From the IMG/VR virus record IMGVR_UViG_3300015607_003969, positions 1-64,000 of that record: DNA of 64,000 nucleotides; one strand, 5' to 3'. Under the pieces are notes generated by a model. It was given only the letters and a program-made list of their open reading frames with translations. It was not told the origin of the DNA and made no database searches. A program made the position numbers and the translations under genes. This document shows, in pieces, positions 38,501 through 46,629 of the stretch (position 1 is the first letter of the stretch; every line of letters starts with the position of its first letter). The stretch comes from an uncultured virus (IMG/VR IMGVR_UViG_3300015607_003969). Its lineage: Duplodnaviria > Heunggongvirae > Uroviricota > Caudoviricetes.

Positions 38501-41500
38501 GGAAGGTGACCTCCCAGGCGACGCACCCAGGATGGACGCTGAAGGAGCGCACCGCACACGGGCGCATGGAGCCGTTCACCATGCCAAACACGTAAGTGCT
38601 GGGCGGGACATCGTACTCCTTCGTTCCGCCCAGCGAGCGATGCTCCGACCCAGCCACCCTCGGGAAGTCCTTGATGTCGCAGGATCGAGCCAGCCAGGTG
38701 CCGTGAACGCGCTCGGCCAACAGGACGCGCCCCTTGATGCTGTCCCCGTCGTGGTCCGCGTTAAACCCGCCGGTTACCAGCGGGTGCAGCTTGATGGCGT
38801 TGCCGGGGATGGCCTGGGCGTAGAAGGCCTGGATAGAGTACTTGTGCAGAGCGGGGTCTCGCTTGATCAGGACAGGGCGCTCGCTCAAGACCTGATTGAG
38901 TGCGGACCAGACGGAGGGGTCCGATTTGCCGCGCTCCACCTGGCTGAGGACCTCCTGGGCTTCCAGCGTAGTCTTGGACCTTCCGGACTTGACGAGCTGG
39001 TTGACGACGAAGGGCCGGAACAGGGTCAGCGCCTGCTTTTCGGGCAGCCCGACCTGGTCGAGGTGGAGATCCGGTCCAGGGATGATCACACCTCGGGCGC
39101 TCATGTCCTGGCGACGCGACAGCAACCCCTGCTGGAAGAGACCGAGCTTGGGTGACGTGCCGTGGATCTGCTGGAGAAGGCCTTTCTGCTTAGCCCCCTC
39201 CGGCAGAGCTCCCGCGCCGAACAGGGCCTTGACCCCGTCGTAGACCGCCATACGGAAGGGAGCCTTCTCTGCCTCGGGCAGGTACGCCATGGCGGGGTGG
39301 CCGAGCTTGCTGTTGATCTGCCCAAGCTTCATGTAGAAGCCGTTGGTGTCCTCGAAGCGAAGCGCGCCGTCTTCCATGACGGAGAGGGGGCGCAGCTTGG
39401 GGGGCAGCACCGGCACGTTGTGCAGCACATAGGCCTCTTCGGGCTTTAGCCCGAGCTTGTCGAGGGCCTGGAGGTACCGCGCCTTCCTATAAAGGGCGTC
39501 TGCCGTGGAGGGTGGGGCCTTGTTCAGGGCTGCCTTGGTCTTCGAGAGCTCATCCGCCACCTTGATGCCCTTGAGCATCTCCTCGATAGCGTGGCCGCCC
39601 ACCTTGCCGTTGACCTTGACTTTGCCCTGGAGAATCTCTTCAAAACGGGGCCCCGTGATGCCCAGGAGCTTCTTGATGGGCTCTTCGAAGATAGGGTTGG
39701 GGAGGGGCTCCGACAGGGGGATGTGAGACCACTTGGTTCCGCCGTGGCCCCCCGTCATCTTCTCGTCGAAGATACCTCCGGTAATCGGCTTGTACTGGTT
39801 GGTGGTCGGGTCCATCTTCGAGTGGACCGCAGAGGCCGCGTCCTTGATCGCACCGGCACTCATCGATAGGACTTGCTTGTCCGTCATGGGGGATAGAAAG
39901 AACTCGGACCCCTTCTTCTCGACGTTAATGCCAGCGCCCTTGAGCATCTCCGTGAAGCGGTGGAAGGCAAACGTCGGCTTAGGGGGCGGCAACGGCAGAC
40001 CTTTCTGCATCGCCATCCAGGCCTCTACGTGCTGACTCTTCCACTTCTTGGCCTCATCGGTCTCCGGGTCCTCACCCTCGGACTTGTAGGTCATGGCCGC
40101 GCGGAGGATGTTCTTCGCCCCGTGCGCGAGCAGGGCGTACATGCCGAGCTGGCCGTAGCTCTGTCCGCCGGTACCTCCGCCAGAAGCCGGGGCAAAGGTA
40201 AGGGAGTCGTACTTCTCGTCGGAGGGCAGCTTGGGGAGCCCCATGCCTGCGCGCACGGAGTTCTTCTTTGCAGCTTGGTGCACGAGCTTGATGAAGTGCT
40301 GAGGCCCGACCAGGACCTTGCCCAGGCTCTGCCCCGTCTTCGGGTCGATCAGCTCCTCCTTGTCGGAGATGCCGTGCTCCTTGAGCTCCTTGGCCATCTT
40401 CTGACTCCAATCCTCGACGTGAGGATCGAAGTTCTTGACCACGTACGTCTTGCCAGTCTTCTCAGCGATCTTGCCGGCCAAGGTCTCGTACACCTGGCCC
40501 ACGTTCATACGGCCACCCAACCCTAGCGGGTTGAAGATGATGTCCACGGGTTTGCCGTCTTTGGTCTTGGGCGCCTCGTGGTCCGGGATGATGTAGCCGA
40601 CAACGCCCTTGCCGCCGTGGCGGTTGCTGTTGCCGCTCCAGCAGGGCTTTCCGTTACGACGCACGTAGAGGACGTGACCGGGGACCGTTACACAGAAAAC
40701 AGGGCCTGTGTAGTTTTCGATGATCCTCTCACTCTGCGCGTTCTGCTTCTTGGCGTGGTGGTGGTTTACCTCCGGAGCCAGTTTGCTGTTGATGATCCGA
40801 ACGGTGTAGCGCTCCGACGCCCAGTAGGTCCGGCCGTTTTGTTCGAACGCGTGGGCTGGATCAACCTTGATGTTGGCCGCCTTACCGATGTGCAGACAGA
40901 GGCGCTGCACATCATCGGCCAGCCGACGAGACGTGGTGGTGTAGCAGATAGGACGATCATTCTTCGTGTGGCCGTCCCCCCACATGAGCCACCGGAAGAG
41001 CACGTCCAAGTCGTCCTTCGGGTAGTCGAAGACTTCGTTTGGGATGAACTTGTCCTTGCACTTACCGAAAGTCTGGAAGTGCGCCAGGGCTTCCTTGGAG
41101 TGGATCCGGGCACGATCAGGGGTCTTGGTGTACCGAACCCCCATCCTATCGAGCTCGGCAAAGAGCTCCTCTCTGCCCGTGGGCTTCACCTGGGCGATGT
41201 CGATGCCGTAGGTGCCAGACTCCGGAGCATTCACGCAACAGCCTTCGGACAAAAACATCCCAAGGAGAGCCAGGTAGTCGCGGCCCGTAAGCCCCAACAC
41301 CCCGGAGCCGTTAACGGCAGCGGCACGACCTGCCCAGTTGCCGTCTTTCTTGTAGCGGACGCGCTTACCAAGAAGAGTGTCGGCCCTCACCAGCTTGTAG
41401 GGGCGCTCGCGGTCACGGGTGGACTCTTGCACGTACATCCGGTGGTTTGCGGTCACAAGAAGGTCGATCTGTTGCGTCTCCAACGAGTACATCCGACCCC

Positions 41501-43952
41501 CTTCTGCGTAGCTGTGGACTTCGGAAGGGCGGCTGTAGCGGATCTCCCCGTCAAGCAGGGTACAGACCTCATCTTGCAGGTTCACCTTGGACACAGGCTT
41601 CCAGCCTGTGCGCGTAAGGACCTCGGTATTTTCATCGAAGCAGAGCTTGTCAGCGATCTGCAAGGGTTCCACAGATTTGACGTGTATGTGCACCCCCTTG
41701 GGGCTTTTATGCACAGCGACGACCTCGCCCTCGGTCTCACCCTCCCAGCGAAGGCTCTTGTCCGTGTGCTGGCTGGTGAGGCTCTTGCGGAGAGCCCCCA
41801 CACCTACGCGGTCCTTGAGGGTGAAAGGCTGAAGTGCGAGGAGCAGCGGATCCCCCGGCTGTACCTTCGACCCGACCTTGGGGAAGCCCTGGTCATCCAG
41901 GTGCTCGTACTGCTCCTTGCGGTACAGACCAGGGTTGGTGTTCTGGAACTTGGTCTTGCCGAATACGGTGCGGTCGTCCGTGTTCAAGAAGTGCTTGGTC
42001 AGGTGCACGCTGGAGAGCTTCTTCGCAGCGCTCTCCGTGACCACCATGGAGTCTTCGAAGTTCTTGCCGAAGTACGGCATGTAGGCCACACGCAGGTTCT
42101 TACCCGGCGCGAAGACCCCGCCTCGGGTGAAGTTCGTATCGGCGAGGGGCTGGCCCGTCTTTACCTTGTCCCCCTCCTTAACAAGGGCCTCCGAGTGGAA
42201 CACGCTCTTCGAGTCGTTCAGGGGGTAGTTATGGTAGAGCTGAACCACGGCGCTCTTACCGTCCGCCCCCTTCACGTGGATGGCGTGAGGCGTGACCTTG
42301 GTGACGACGCCGTCGTGCGGGGCGAGGTGCCCGATCTGGTGCCCGAATAGCTTCTCGAAGGTGTCACCGGCCGGCCCTGCCACTTGAACGAGGGGCTTGT
42401 CCCTGTCCTTCAAGGAAATGCTTTGCTCCATGTGACGGATGGCCATGCTGACGCGCCCGCCGCTGTTGTTCTGCACAAACGGCACCATGGCGGAGGTGAG
42501 GGCGAACATGTTGGACGGGCTACGCATGACGTAGTCCGCCTCATGGAGCGGGCCCTCGACGATCTCATTGTCCTTGCCGAGAATCTTCACCTTCTTTGCG
42601 ATCGGCTTGGGGTGCCCATCCACAAACTCCACCTGGTCTGCCAGGGCCACCTTGCTCTTGTAGGCGGTGGCAGGGCTGACCCACTCCATCTTCTTGGTGC
42701 GGTTGTTGTAGAGGGGGATGTGGGGCTGATCTCCAATCAGCTTCACTCCGATGGGAAGGCGCAGGGACACCCCCGTGTTCGAGCCTTCCGGCGTAGCGAA
42801 GGGGTCGATAAACCCCAGGTGCGACGGGTTGATGTACTTGGCCTCGTCCGTCACCTGCGTCTCCGACCTGATGCCGCCGGGGCCCATAATCGTCGTCTGC
42901 ATGGCCGTGCCCAGCATGTCGAGCGGGCTCACCTGTTTGGCCGGGTTGACCAGAGCACTCTGGAACAGGGCGCTGACCGCGGGGTTCAGGAACCCTGGCG
43001 TGACGATGTCGTGCAGCTTGTCCGACCCCTTGTTCAGCTGCCTCGACATCTTCATCTTCACGTTGGGTACCGCTGCTTTGATCTGGTCATGCAGCAGCTC
43101 CCCCGTGGCCCTGAGCACCTTGAAGGGCAAGGCGTCACGGTCGTCCTCGGGCTGGCCCGCCTGCACGGCAAGCAGCCTCTTGGATGCACGGGTGAGGGCA
43201 TCCCCCTCCACGCTTTCGAAGCGCTTACCCAGGGTGATCTCCGTCACATCGGGGTGGAGTTTGCTGGCCGCCATGACCTTGTGCAGGTTATCCAGCGCCT
43301 GCTGTTCCGTCGGAGACCCCTGCGTGTTGGTGCTGGTCCTGTAGAACTGCGCGAGCGTGCTGGAGTTACGCCTGTTCTTGGCGTTGGCCTCCCAGATGTC
43401 CTTCCCCCAAGCCTGCTGAAGCTCCGTGTCGGTCACCCCCATCGCCTTGAGGATGGGGTACGCGGGCATATTGGCCTTCTTGTAGAGGATAGAGAACTGG
43501 TTGGTCGGGGGGTCAAAGGTAAGGTCAAAAGCGGCCCTGCCCGTCACGTTGAACTGCGTACGCAGTTCGCCGTTGCTCCTGCGCCGGGTGTAAGCGCCAG
43601 GCCGAAGCTGCCATTGGTTGGCCACCTGGTGCTCTTGACCGCGGTAGATGTAGCTGAGCCGGTTGGTGGTCCTGGGAAGGTCCAAGATCTTGATCTTCTT
43701 GCGATCGAGAACCTCCCCCTTCTCGTTCTTGAGCACCATGGTCCCATGGACGGGGATGGACCAAGTCTCCTCGCCTAGCTTGGCCTTGTACTGGGATCCG
43801 ATGTCGTGAGGATCCTTGGCCGCCGTATCGATGTGCAACGCCTCCAAGTGCAGAGACTTGTCCCGCCCCCGCAGGGGGAACACGCCATTCAGCGCGGTCA
43901 CCGTGTGCCGGACAACGTTGTCGAAAGCCTCGTCTGGGTCTTGGAAGGCCAT
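35538..43952 (-). CDS. rpoBC: Fused beta-beta' two-barrel RNA polymerase with two inteins
   Basis: beta motifs GPGGI, HPS-like NPSHLGFIDPFATPEGSNTG, GKNFEDS, DKL|SNRHGGKG, RMNVGQVYE; beta' motifs VPVLPPKLRP, RQDMSARGVI, KRDPALH, NADHDGD, GARSG, RSPLTC..VCQKCFG, QLTLKAFHSGG. Confidence 0.95.
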   Translation of the reverse strand: MAFQDPDEAFDNVVRHTVTALNGVFPLRGRDKSLHLEALHIDTAAKDPHDIGSQYKAKLGEETWSIPVHGTMVLKNEKGEVLDRKKIKILDLPRTTNRLSYIYRGQEHQVANQWQLRPGAYTRRRSNGELRTQFNVTGRAAFDLTFDPPTNQFSILYKKANMPAYPILKAMGVTDTELQQAWGKDIWEANAKNRRNSSTLAQFYRTSTNTQGSPTEQQALDNLHKVMAASKLHPDVTEITLGKRFESVEGDALTRASKRLLAVQAGQPEDDRDALPFKVLRATGELLHDQIKAAVPNVKMKMSRQLNKGSDKLHDIVTPGFLNPAVSALFQSALVNPAKQVSPLDMLGTAMQTTIMGPGGIRSETQVTDEAKYINPSHLGFIDPFATPEGSNTGVSLRLPIGVKLIGDQPHIPLYNNRTKKMEWVSPATAYKSKVALADQVEFVDGHPKPIAKKVKILGKDNEIVEGPLHEADYVMRSPSNMFALTSAMVPFVQNNSGGRVSMAIRHMEQSISLKDRDKPLVQVAGPAGDTFEKLFGHQIGHLAPHDGVVTKVTPHAIHVKGADGKSAVVQLYHNYPLNDSKSVFHSEALVKEGDKVKTGQPLADTNFTRGGVFAPGKNLRVAYMPYFGKNFEDSMVVTESAAKKLSSVHLTKHFLNTDDRTVFGKTKFQNTNPGLYRKEQYEHLDDQGFPKVGSKVQPGDPLLLALQPFTLKDRVGVGALRKSLTSQHTDKSLRWEGETEGEVVAVHKSPKGVHIHVKSVEPLQIADKLCFDENTEVLTRTGWKPVSKVNLQDEVCTLLDGEIRYSRPSEVHSYAEGGRMYSLETQQIDLLVTANHRMYVQESTRDRERPYKLVRADTLLGKRVRYKKDGNWAGRAAAVNGSGVLGLTGRDYLALLGMFLSEGCCVNAPESGTYGIDIAQVKPTGREELFAELDRMGVRYTKTPDRARIHSKEALAHFQTFGKCKDKFIPNEVFDYPKDDLDVLFRWLMWGDGHTKNDRPICYTTTSRRLADDVQRLCLHIGKAANIKVDPAHAFEQNGRTYWASERYTVRIINSKLAPEVNHHHAKKQNAQSERIIENYTGPVFCVTVPGHVLYVRRNGKPCWSGNSNRHGGKGVVGYIIPDHEAPKTKDGKPVDIIFNPLGLGGRMNVGQVYETLAGKIAEKTGKTYVVKNFDPHVEDWSQKMAKELKEHGISDKEELIDPKTGQSLGKVLVGPQHFIKLVHQAAKKNSVRAGMGLPKLPSDEKYDSLTFAPASGGGTGGQSYGQLGMYALLAHGAKNILRAAMTYKSEGEDPETDEAKKWKSQHVEAWMAMQKGLPLPPPKPTFAFHRFTEMLKGAGINVEKKGSEFFLSPMTDKQVLSMSAGAIKDAASAVHSKMDPTTNQYKPITGGIFDEKMTGGHGGTKWSHIPLSEPLPNPIFEEPIKKLLGITGPRFEEILQGKVKVNGKVGGHAIEEMLKGIKVADELSKTKAALNKAPPSTADALYRKARYLQALDKLGLKPEEAYVLHNVPVLPPKLRPLSVMEDGALRFEDTNGFYMKLGQINSKLGHPAMAYLPEAEKAPFRMAVYDGVKALFGAGALPEGAKQKGLLQQIHGTSPKLGLFQQGLLSRRQDMSARGVIIPGPDLHLDQVGLPEKQALTLFRPFVVNQLVKSGRSKTTLEAQEVLSQVERGKSDPSVWSALNQVLSERPVLIKRDPALHKYSIQAFYAQAIPGNAIKLHPLVTGGFNADHDGDSIKGRVLLAERVHGTWLARSCDIKDFPRVAGSEHRSLGGTKEYDVPPSTYVFGMVNGSMRPCAVRSFSVHPGCVAWEVTFRSGRKVICSQDHSLAVLDTATLTATNCKPANSVGAAVPVLGRVEEHLSPSIPVHGREEKATEALGHALGEELALYDGNPLAQERCTPPQKYRSTTLLRTLLESAIIRPTAFRQGVLTGFLGAALDIDTARVDTTDPRALCNLLRSVGVPCREERDSVLLCRDSLYKASWFKPSAWNRKRLWRKGGKSTMVDLVPFPAWVADEIGEGVQSGWVERSTAARLYEAHKNPTSFVQAWYRMTVGGGLFWDEIVSVKETGDKEELYDLTVDESLNFVMDDGLLVWDTMSVYVPSSHDEVSDAIKMLPSKNLFNETTGAPAYTPSMEAQLGLHKLGRVGADTNHKFPDKHAAIDALALQKITVSDKIHVAGEQTTAGRILLAEAMPEAMQHRVRTDLGLSFNGKALKGLFSEVGKAHAKDFPVFADKMKELGYGAASGLVRTPLTKHAVVPVGAHSFGLSDFFADKEARDPVLQKAHADVEALKGLSKAEKDRRTVDIYLKASAEMRERHKKTGDPDNSLKRMNEAGVKPSDDQYQQLRLAPVVMKDSADRLIPTPIVHSFGEGLKMHEYWIGAYGARSGAVKKVQEVQDPGYMTKLLQNTSMSYLIDSHDCGTKAGISMPATHKDVVDRHLAADLKLGALHLPAGTLLDKKTLDHIVSVDPGAKLTVRSPLTCDSEKGVCQKCFGLSSNGKHHDLGTNIGVLSAHALGERAVQLTLKAFHSGGVATDRKGGAVGSFQRLEQLTFLPDKTPNSASLVNVNGKVTKIVPTPTGAEVFVGDHRHFVGKDPDGHYLHEDLPHADSVPGYQPWSPPKVGMEVKRGDMLSDPNRTMINPHRLYEATHDMPRVQRFLSDEMHKLYESEGVRKRAIEVVVKAMGNVTKIVDPHDHPDFLRGQFYPRSSLKKVNAERVAEGKPPVEHSPVLMGVDMLPLAATTDWMAVLNHQRLRGTLKENAALGAVSRLHGSHPVPGLAYGAEFGKPGVETKGKNRPFDY
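37659..38741 (-). mobile_element. Atypical intein (361 aa) immediately after NADHDGD
   Basis: D|SIKG...CSQDHSL (block B)...LYDLTV..NFV..GLLVWD|T. Confidence 0.85.
40629..41642 (-). mobile_element. Intein (338 aa) with LAGLIDADG endonuclease in the RNAP beta region
   Basis: L|CFDENTEV...TANHRM; LLGMFLSEG and LMWGDG; WSGN|S. Confidence 0.9.
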
Positions 43953-43960
43953 GCGCGGCC

Positions 43961-43966
43961 AGTATA
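43961..43966 (-). promoter_or_regulatory. -10-like hexamer for a probably leaderless rpoBC transcript
   Basis: TATACT 8 nt upstream of the ATG; no SD sequence. Confidence 0.4.
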
Positions 43967-44113
43967 GCGCAAGATTTACGGGGTAGCCGACATAACAACC
44001 GTAGACGCGTCCGTACTTCCCGTGCGTGCGCTACGAGTGAGTTTTGTCCATCGGATTCATTATCGCCATCAGCGCAGCTCACACTTTTCTGTACGAGCTC
44101 TGTAAGGACCTAC

Positions 44114-44740
44114 ATGAGGAGATACATCGCAGACAGTTCGACGTTGTTGACCCCTCTGACCCCGACGAGGAGGCTGAGGGAGGACCTGGACGTGGTTGGC
44201 CAGGAGTTCACGGATCCGACGAACAGCCGGAGGTGCTGGACCGTGGATGGCCTGTACGCCCCCATCCAGGCGAGGGCCCTGGGAGGGGTTCGACTGAGGG
44301 TCAAGGACCAGAAGGGGTTTGTCTCGTACATCAACCAACGGGATGCCGAAGTGTTGCTAAACTACGCCTCCGCGGGGGAGCTTTGTGGTTGGCTGGGTTC
44401 CCAAAGGTACTTGTCGCCTTCCGACATCAACTTCTGGGGTCTCTGTATCGATCCCTTCGACATGGAGGATGAGGTCGTGTCGATCGAAGCCATGATCCGC
44501 TATGACAAGTTCAGGGCCAGGGCCTCGCCCATCATCCCCACGGGGTACCGGATCTCTGTGCCGCTCCACCTCGGCAAGGGGGAGGACGTGCTGCGCATGC
44601 TCTCCTTCACGGGGGACATGGACCCAGGCACCATGCTCTCCCCGGACCTCAGCCTGGAGCGCGCTGCTCGACGCTGGCAAATCCTGGACACGCGAAAGGT
44701 GGACTGGTCCACGTCGGGTGTTCAGCAGGGTGCCGGGTGA
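44114..44740 (+). CDS. Hypothetical protein
   Basis: TAAGGA RBS; divergent from rpoBC. Confidence 0.6.
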   Translation: MRRYIADSSTLLTPLTPTRRLREDLDVVGQEFTDPTNSRRCWTVDGLYAPIQARALGGVRLRVKDQKGFVSYINQRDAEVLLNYASAGELCGWLGSQRYLSPSDINFWGLCIDPFDMEDEVVSIEAMIRYDKFRARASPIIPTGYRISVPLHLGKGEDVLRMLSFTGDMDPGTMLSPDLSLERAARRWQILDTRKVDWSTSGVQQGAG

Positions 44741-45279
44741 GCTGTCTGTTCTGCGGCAAGGAGGTAGATGAGAGGGCCTACCTCCTGCTTTGCAAAAAGC
44801 TCATAAAAAGCGATATAAACACAACGAACAGGGACCTAGAGCCGGTCGGAGAGGATGTCCTCACGGAGACCGGCGATGCTCTCTTCTGTAGACGAGCTCA
44901 CGAAGGGTGCTACGAAGATGCCTTCGGGGAGCTCCTGACAGAACTACAGAACACACCGCCTGTTGAACACCCAGAAGGGGAGATCACCTGCCCCTGCGGT
45001 TCGGACATCCTCAAGGGCGAGAGCTACATTCATGTGGGCCTGGGCCACATGGGGGTGTTGCGCCAGAGGCACTTTCGAACATTCATCTTGGACAGCGAAT
45101 ACGAGGGCGTGTTCTGCCTTTGTTGCGCCAGGATGATGGGTGACCACCAAGACGTTGCTGAGCTGTGTGCACTCTCTGAATCTGGAGAGTGCCCACGGTG
45201 TACCGTGGATCGATGCTGGCGGCAGAAGCATCATCCATGTAATTGTGTCTGCCATTCGGAGTACATGCATGTCGACTGA
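44737..45279 (+). CDS. Cys/His-rich zinc-binding protein
   Basis: CLFC, HEGC, CPC, CLCC, CPRC, CNCVCH; GTGA overlap. Confidence 0.6.
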   Translation: MSCLFCGKEVDERAYLLLCKKLIKSDINTTNRDLEPVGEDVLTETGDALFCRRAHEGCYEDAFGELLTELQNTPPVEHPEGEITCPCGSDILKGESYIHVGLGHMGVLRQRHFRTFILDSEYEGVFCLCCARMMGDHQDVAELCALSESGECPRCTVDRCWRQKHHPCNCVCHSEYMHVD

Positions 45280-46570
45280 CAAAACCGAGACGAGCCCCAA
45301 GAAGTCCAAGAAGAAGTCTGCTGCCGTCGCCGAGAAGATGCGCCCGCACGAGAAGCTCAAGGCGTGCATCTTCGCCGTTTTGATGGCGCCCAACGAGCGC
45401 TGCCCCGTGTTCTCCGCCTACGACGGCGGCTTCGGCTACCCGGCGGTGCTGATCGGGAAGCCCGGGATCGGGAAGACCTCCATGGGCCGGCAGGTGGCGG
45501 AGGCGCTGAACGTGCCCTGCCACGTCTTCCCGACCGAGAGCCTCCAGCTGGAGGACCTCGAAGGGATCCCCGCCGTGATCTCGGGGGAGCTGAAGCGCTG
45601 CTCCGACAACCCCGATGTCCTCAGCATCGTCGAGCGGGGCCAGGGCCTCCTCGTCTTCGACGAGCTGAACACCAACAAGGCCGGCCTGGACGCGGCCATC
45701 CGCCGCGTGCTCCAGGAGCACACCTGGGCCCGGAGGCCGCTGGGCCCGCGCGTCCGGGTCTTGGCGGCCATGAACCCGCCCGAGTGCTCCATGTCCGGGA
45801 AGCCGCTGTCGGCGCCCATGGCCAACACCCTCGTCCACCTGCACATGGAGCCCCACACCTGGGAGGCGTGGGCCAAGTACACCACGGCGGCGTCGGGCGC
45901 CGCCGGCGTGGAGCTGCCGAACGAGGCCGACGCGATGGCCCGGCTGCGCGCCGGGTGGAAGGACGCGTACGAGCAGGTCGCCATGGAGACGGAGGCCTAC
46001 CTCAAGACCTTCTCGACGAAGATCCACGCGTTCCCCGAGAACGCCGAGAAGGCCTCCGGGCCCTGGCCCAGCGAGAGGACCTGGAGCATGTGCTTCAACC
46101 TCCGGGTGACGGCCAAGGCCCTGCACCTGGGCCCGGAGGTGGAGGAGGCGCTCATGGCGGCCACCGTGGGCCCCGAGGTGGCCTCCGAGTTCTTCAACCA
46201 CATCGCGGACCTCGGCCTCCCCACGGTGGAGGAGGCCCTCGATGGCAAGTGGGTGATCCCCGCTGCCCGCCCGGACGTGATCTACGCCGTCCTCGGCGCC
46301 GCCGTCCGGCACCTCACGTCGGAGTTCGAGGGCTCCGGGGCGTCCGCGAAGCAGATCGACACCGCGCTGAAGGCCTGGCAGCTGGTCGACAAGGTGTTCG
46401 CCGACGAGTCCTACAAGGACCTCGTCATCCACCTGGTGTCGCTGCTGGAGCGGAGGGGCTTCGGCTCCTCCCTGAAGGCCGCCGCCGACAGCAACCCCTC
46501 GGCGGCCAAGAAGGTTGACGCGATCGTCAGCCGCCTCACCCCGAACTTCAGCCTCAGCTTGCTGGGCTGA
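45269..46570 (+). CDS. MoxR-like AAA+ ATPase
   Basis: GKPGIGKT, LLVFDE, AAMNP, WPSERTW. Confidence 0.85.
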   Translation: MSTDKTETSPKKSKKKSAAVAEKMRPHEKLKACIFAVLMAPNERCPVFSAYDGGFGYPAVLIGKPGIGKTSMGRQVAEALNVPCHVFPTESLQLEDLEGIPAVISGELKRCSDNPDVLSIVERGQGLLVFDELNTNKAGLDAAIRRVLQEHTWARRPLGPRVRVLAAMNPPECSMSGKPLSAPMANTLVHLHMEPHTWEAWAKYTTAASGAAGVELPNEADAMARLRAGWKDAYEQVAMETEAYLKTFSTKIHAFPENAEKASGPWPSERTWSMCFNLRVTAKALHLGPEVEEALMAATVGPEVASEFFNHIADLGLPTVEEALDGKWVIPAARPDVIYAVLGAAVRHLTSEFEGSGASAKQIDTALKAWQLVDKVFADESYKDLVIHLVSLLERRGFGSSLKAAADSNPSAAKKVDAIVSRLTPNFSLSLLG

Positions 46571-46577
46571 CCGAAGC

Positions 46578-46613
46578 CACATCCCCCTCCCCCTCCTTCG
46601 GGAGGGGGATGTG
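46578..46613 (+). other. Strong intergenic hairpin
   Basis: CACATCCCCCTCC / GGAGGGGGATGTG, with an alternative CCCTCC-TTCG-GGAGGG register. Confidence 0.5.
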
Positions 46614-46629
46614 TGCACCCTGGAGCGAC

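Noticed and set aside
35622..43778. Long plus-strand ORFs (610, 441, 590, 464 aa) opposite rpoBC
   Set aside because: Antisense shadows caused by high GC3; no motifs
35538..43952. Host chromosomal rpoBC locus
   Set aside because: No ribosomal protein genes adjacent; flanked by terminase, spike and portal genes
45083..46618. 511-aa minus ORF and 384-aa alternate-frame ORF over the AAA gene
   Set aside because: Shadow frames of a GC3-biased gene; low-complexity Arg/Gly/Pro content
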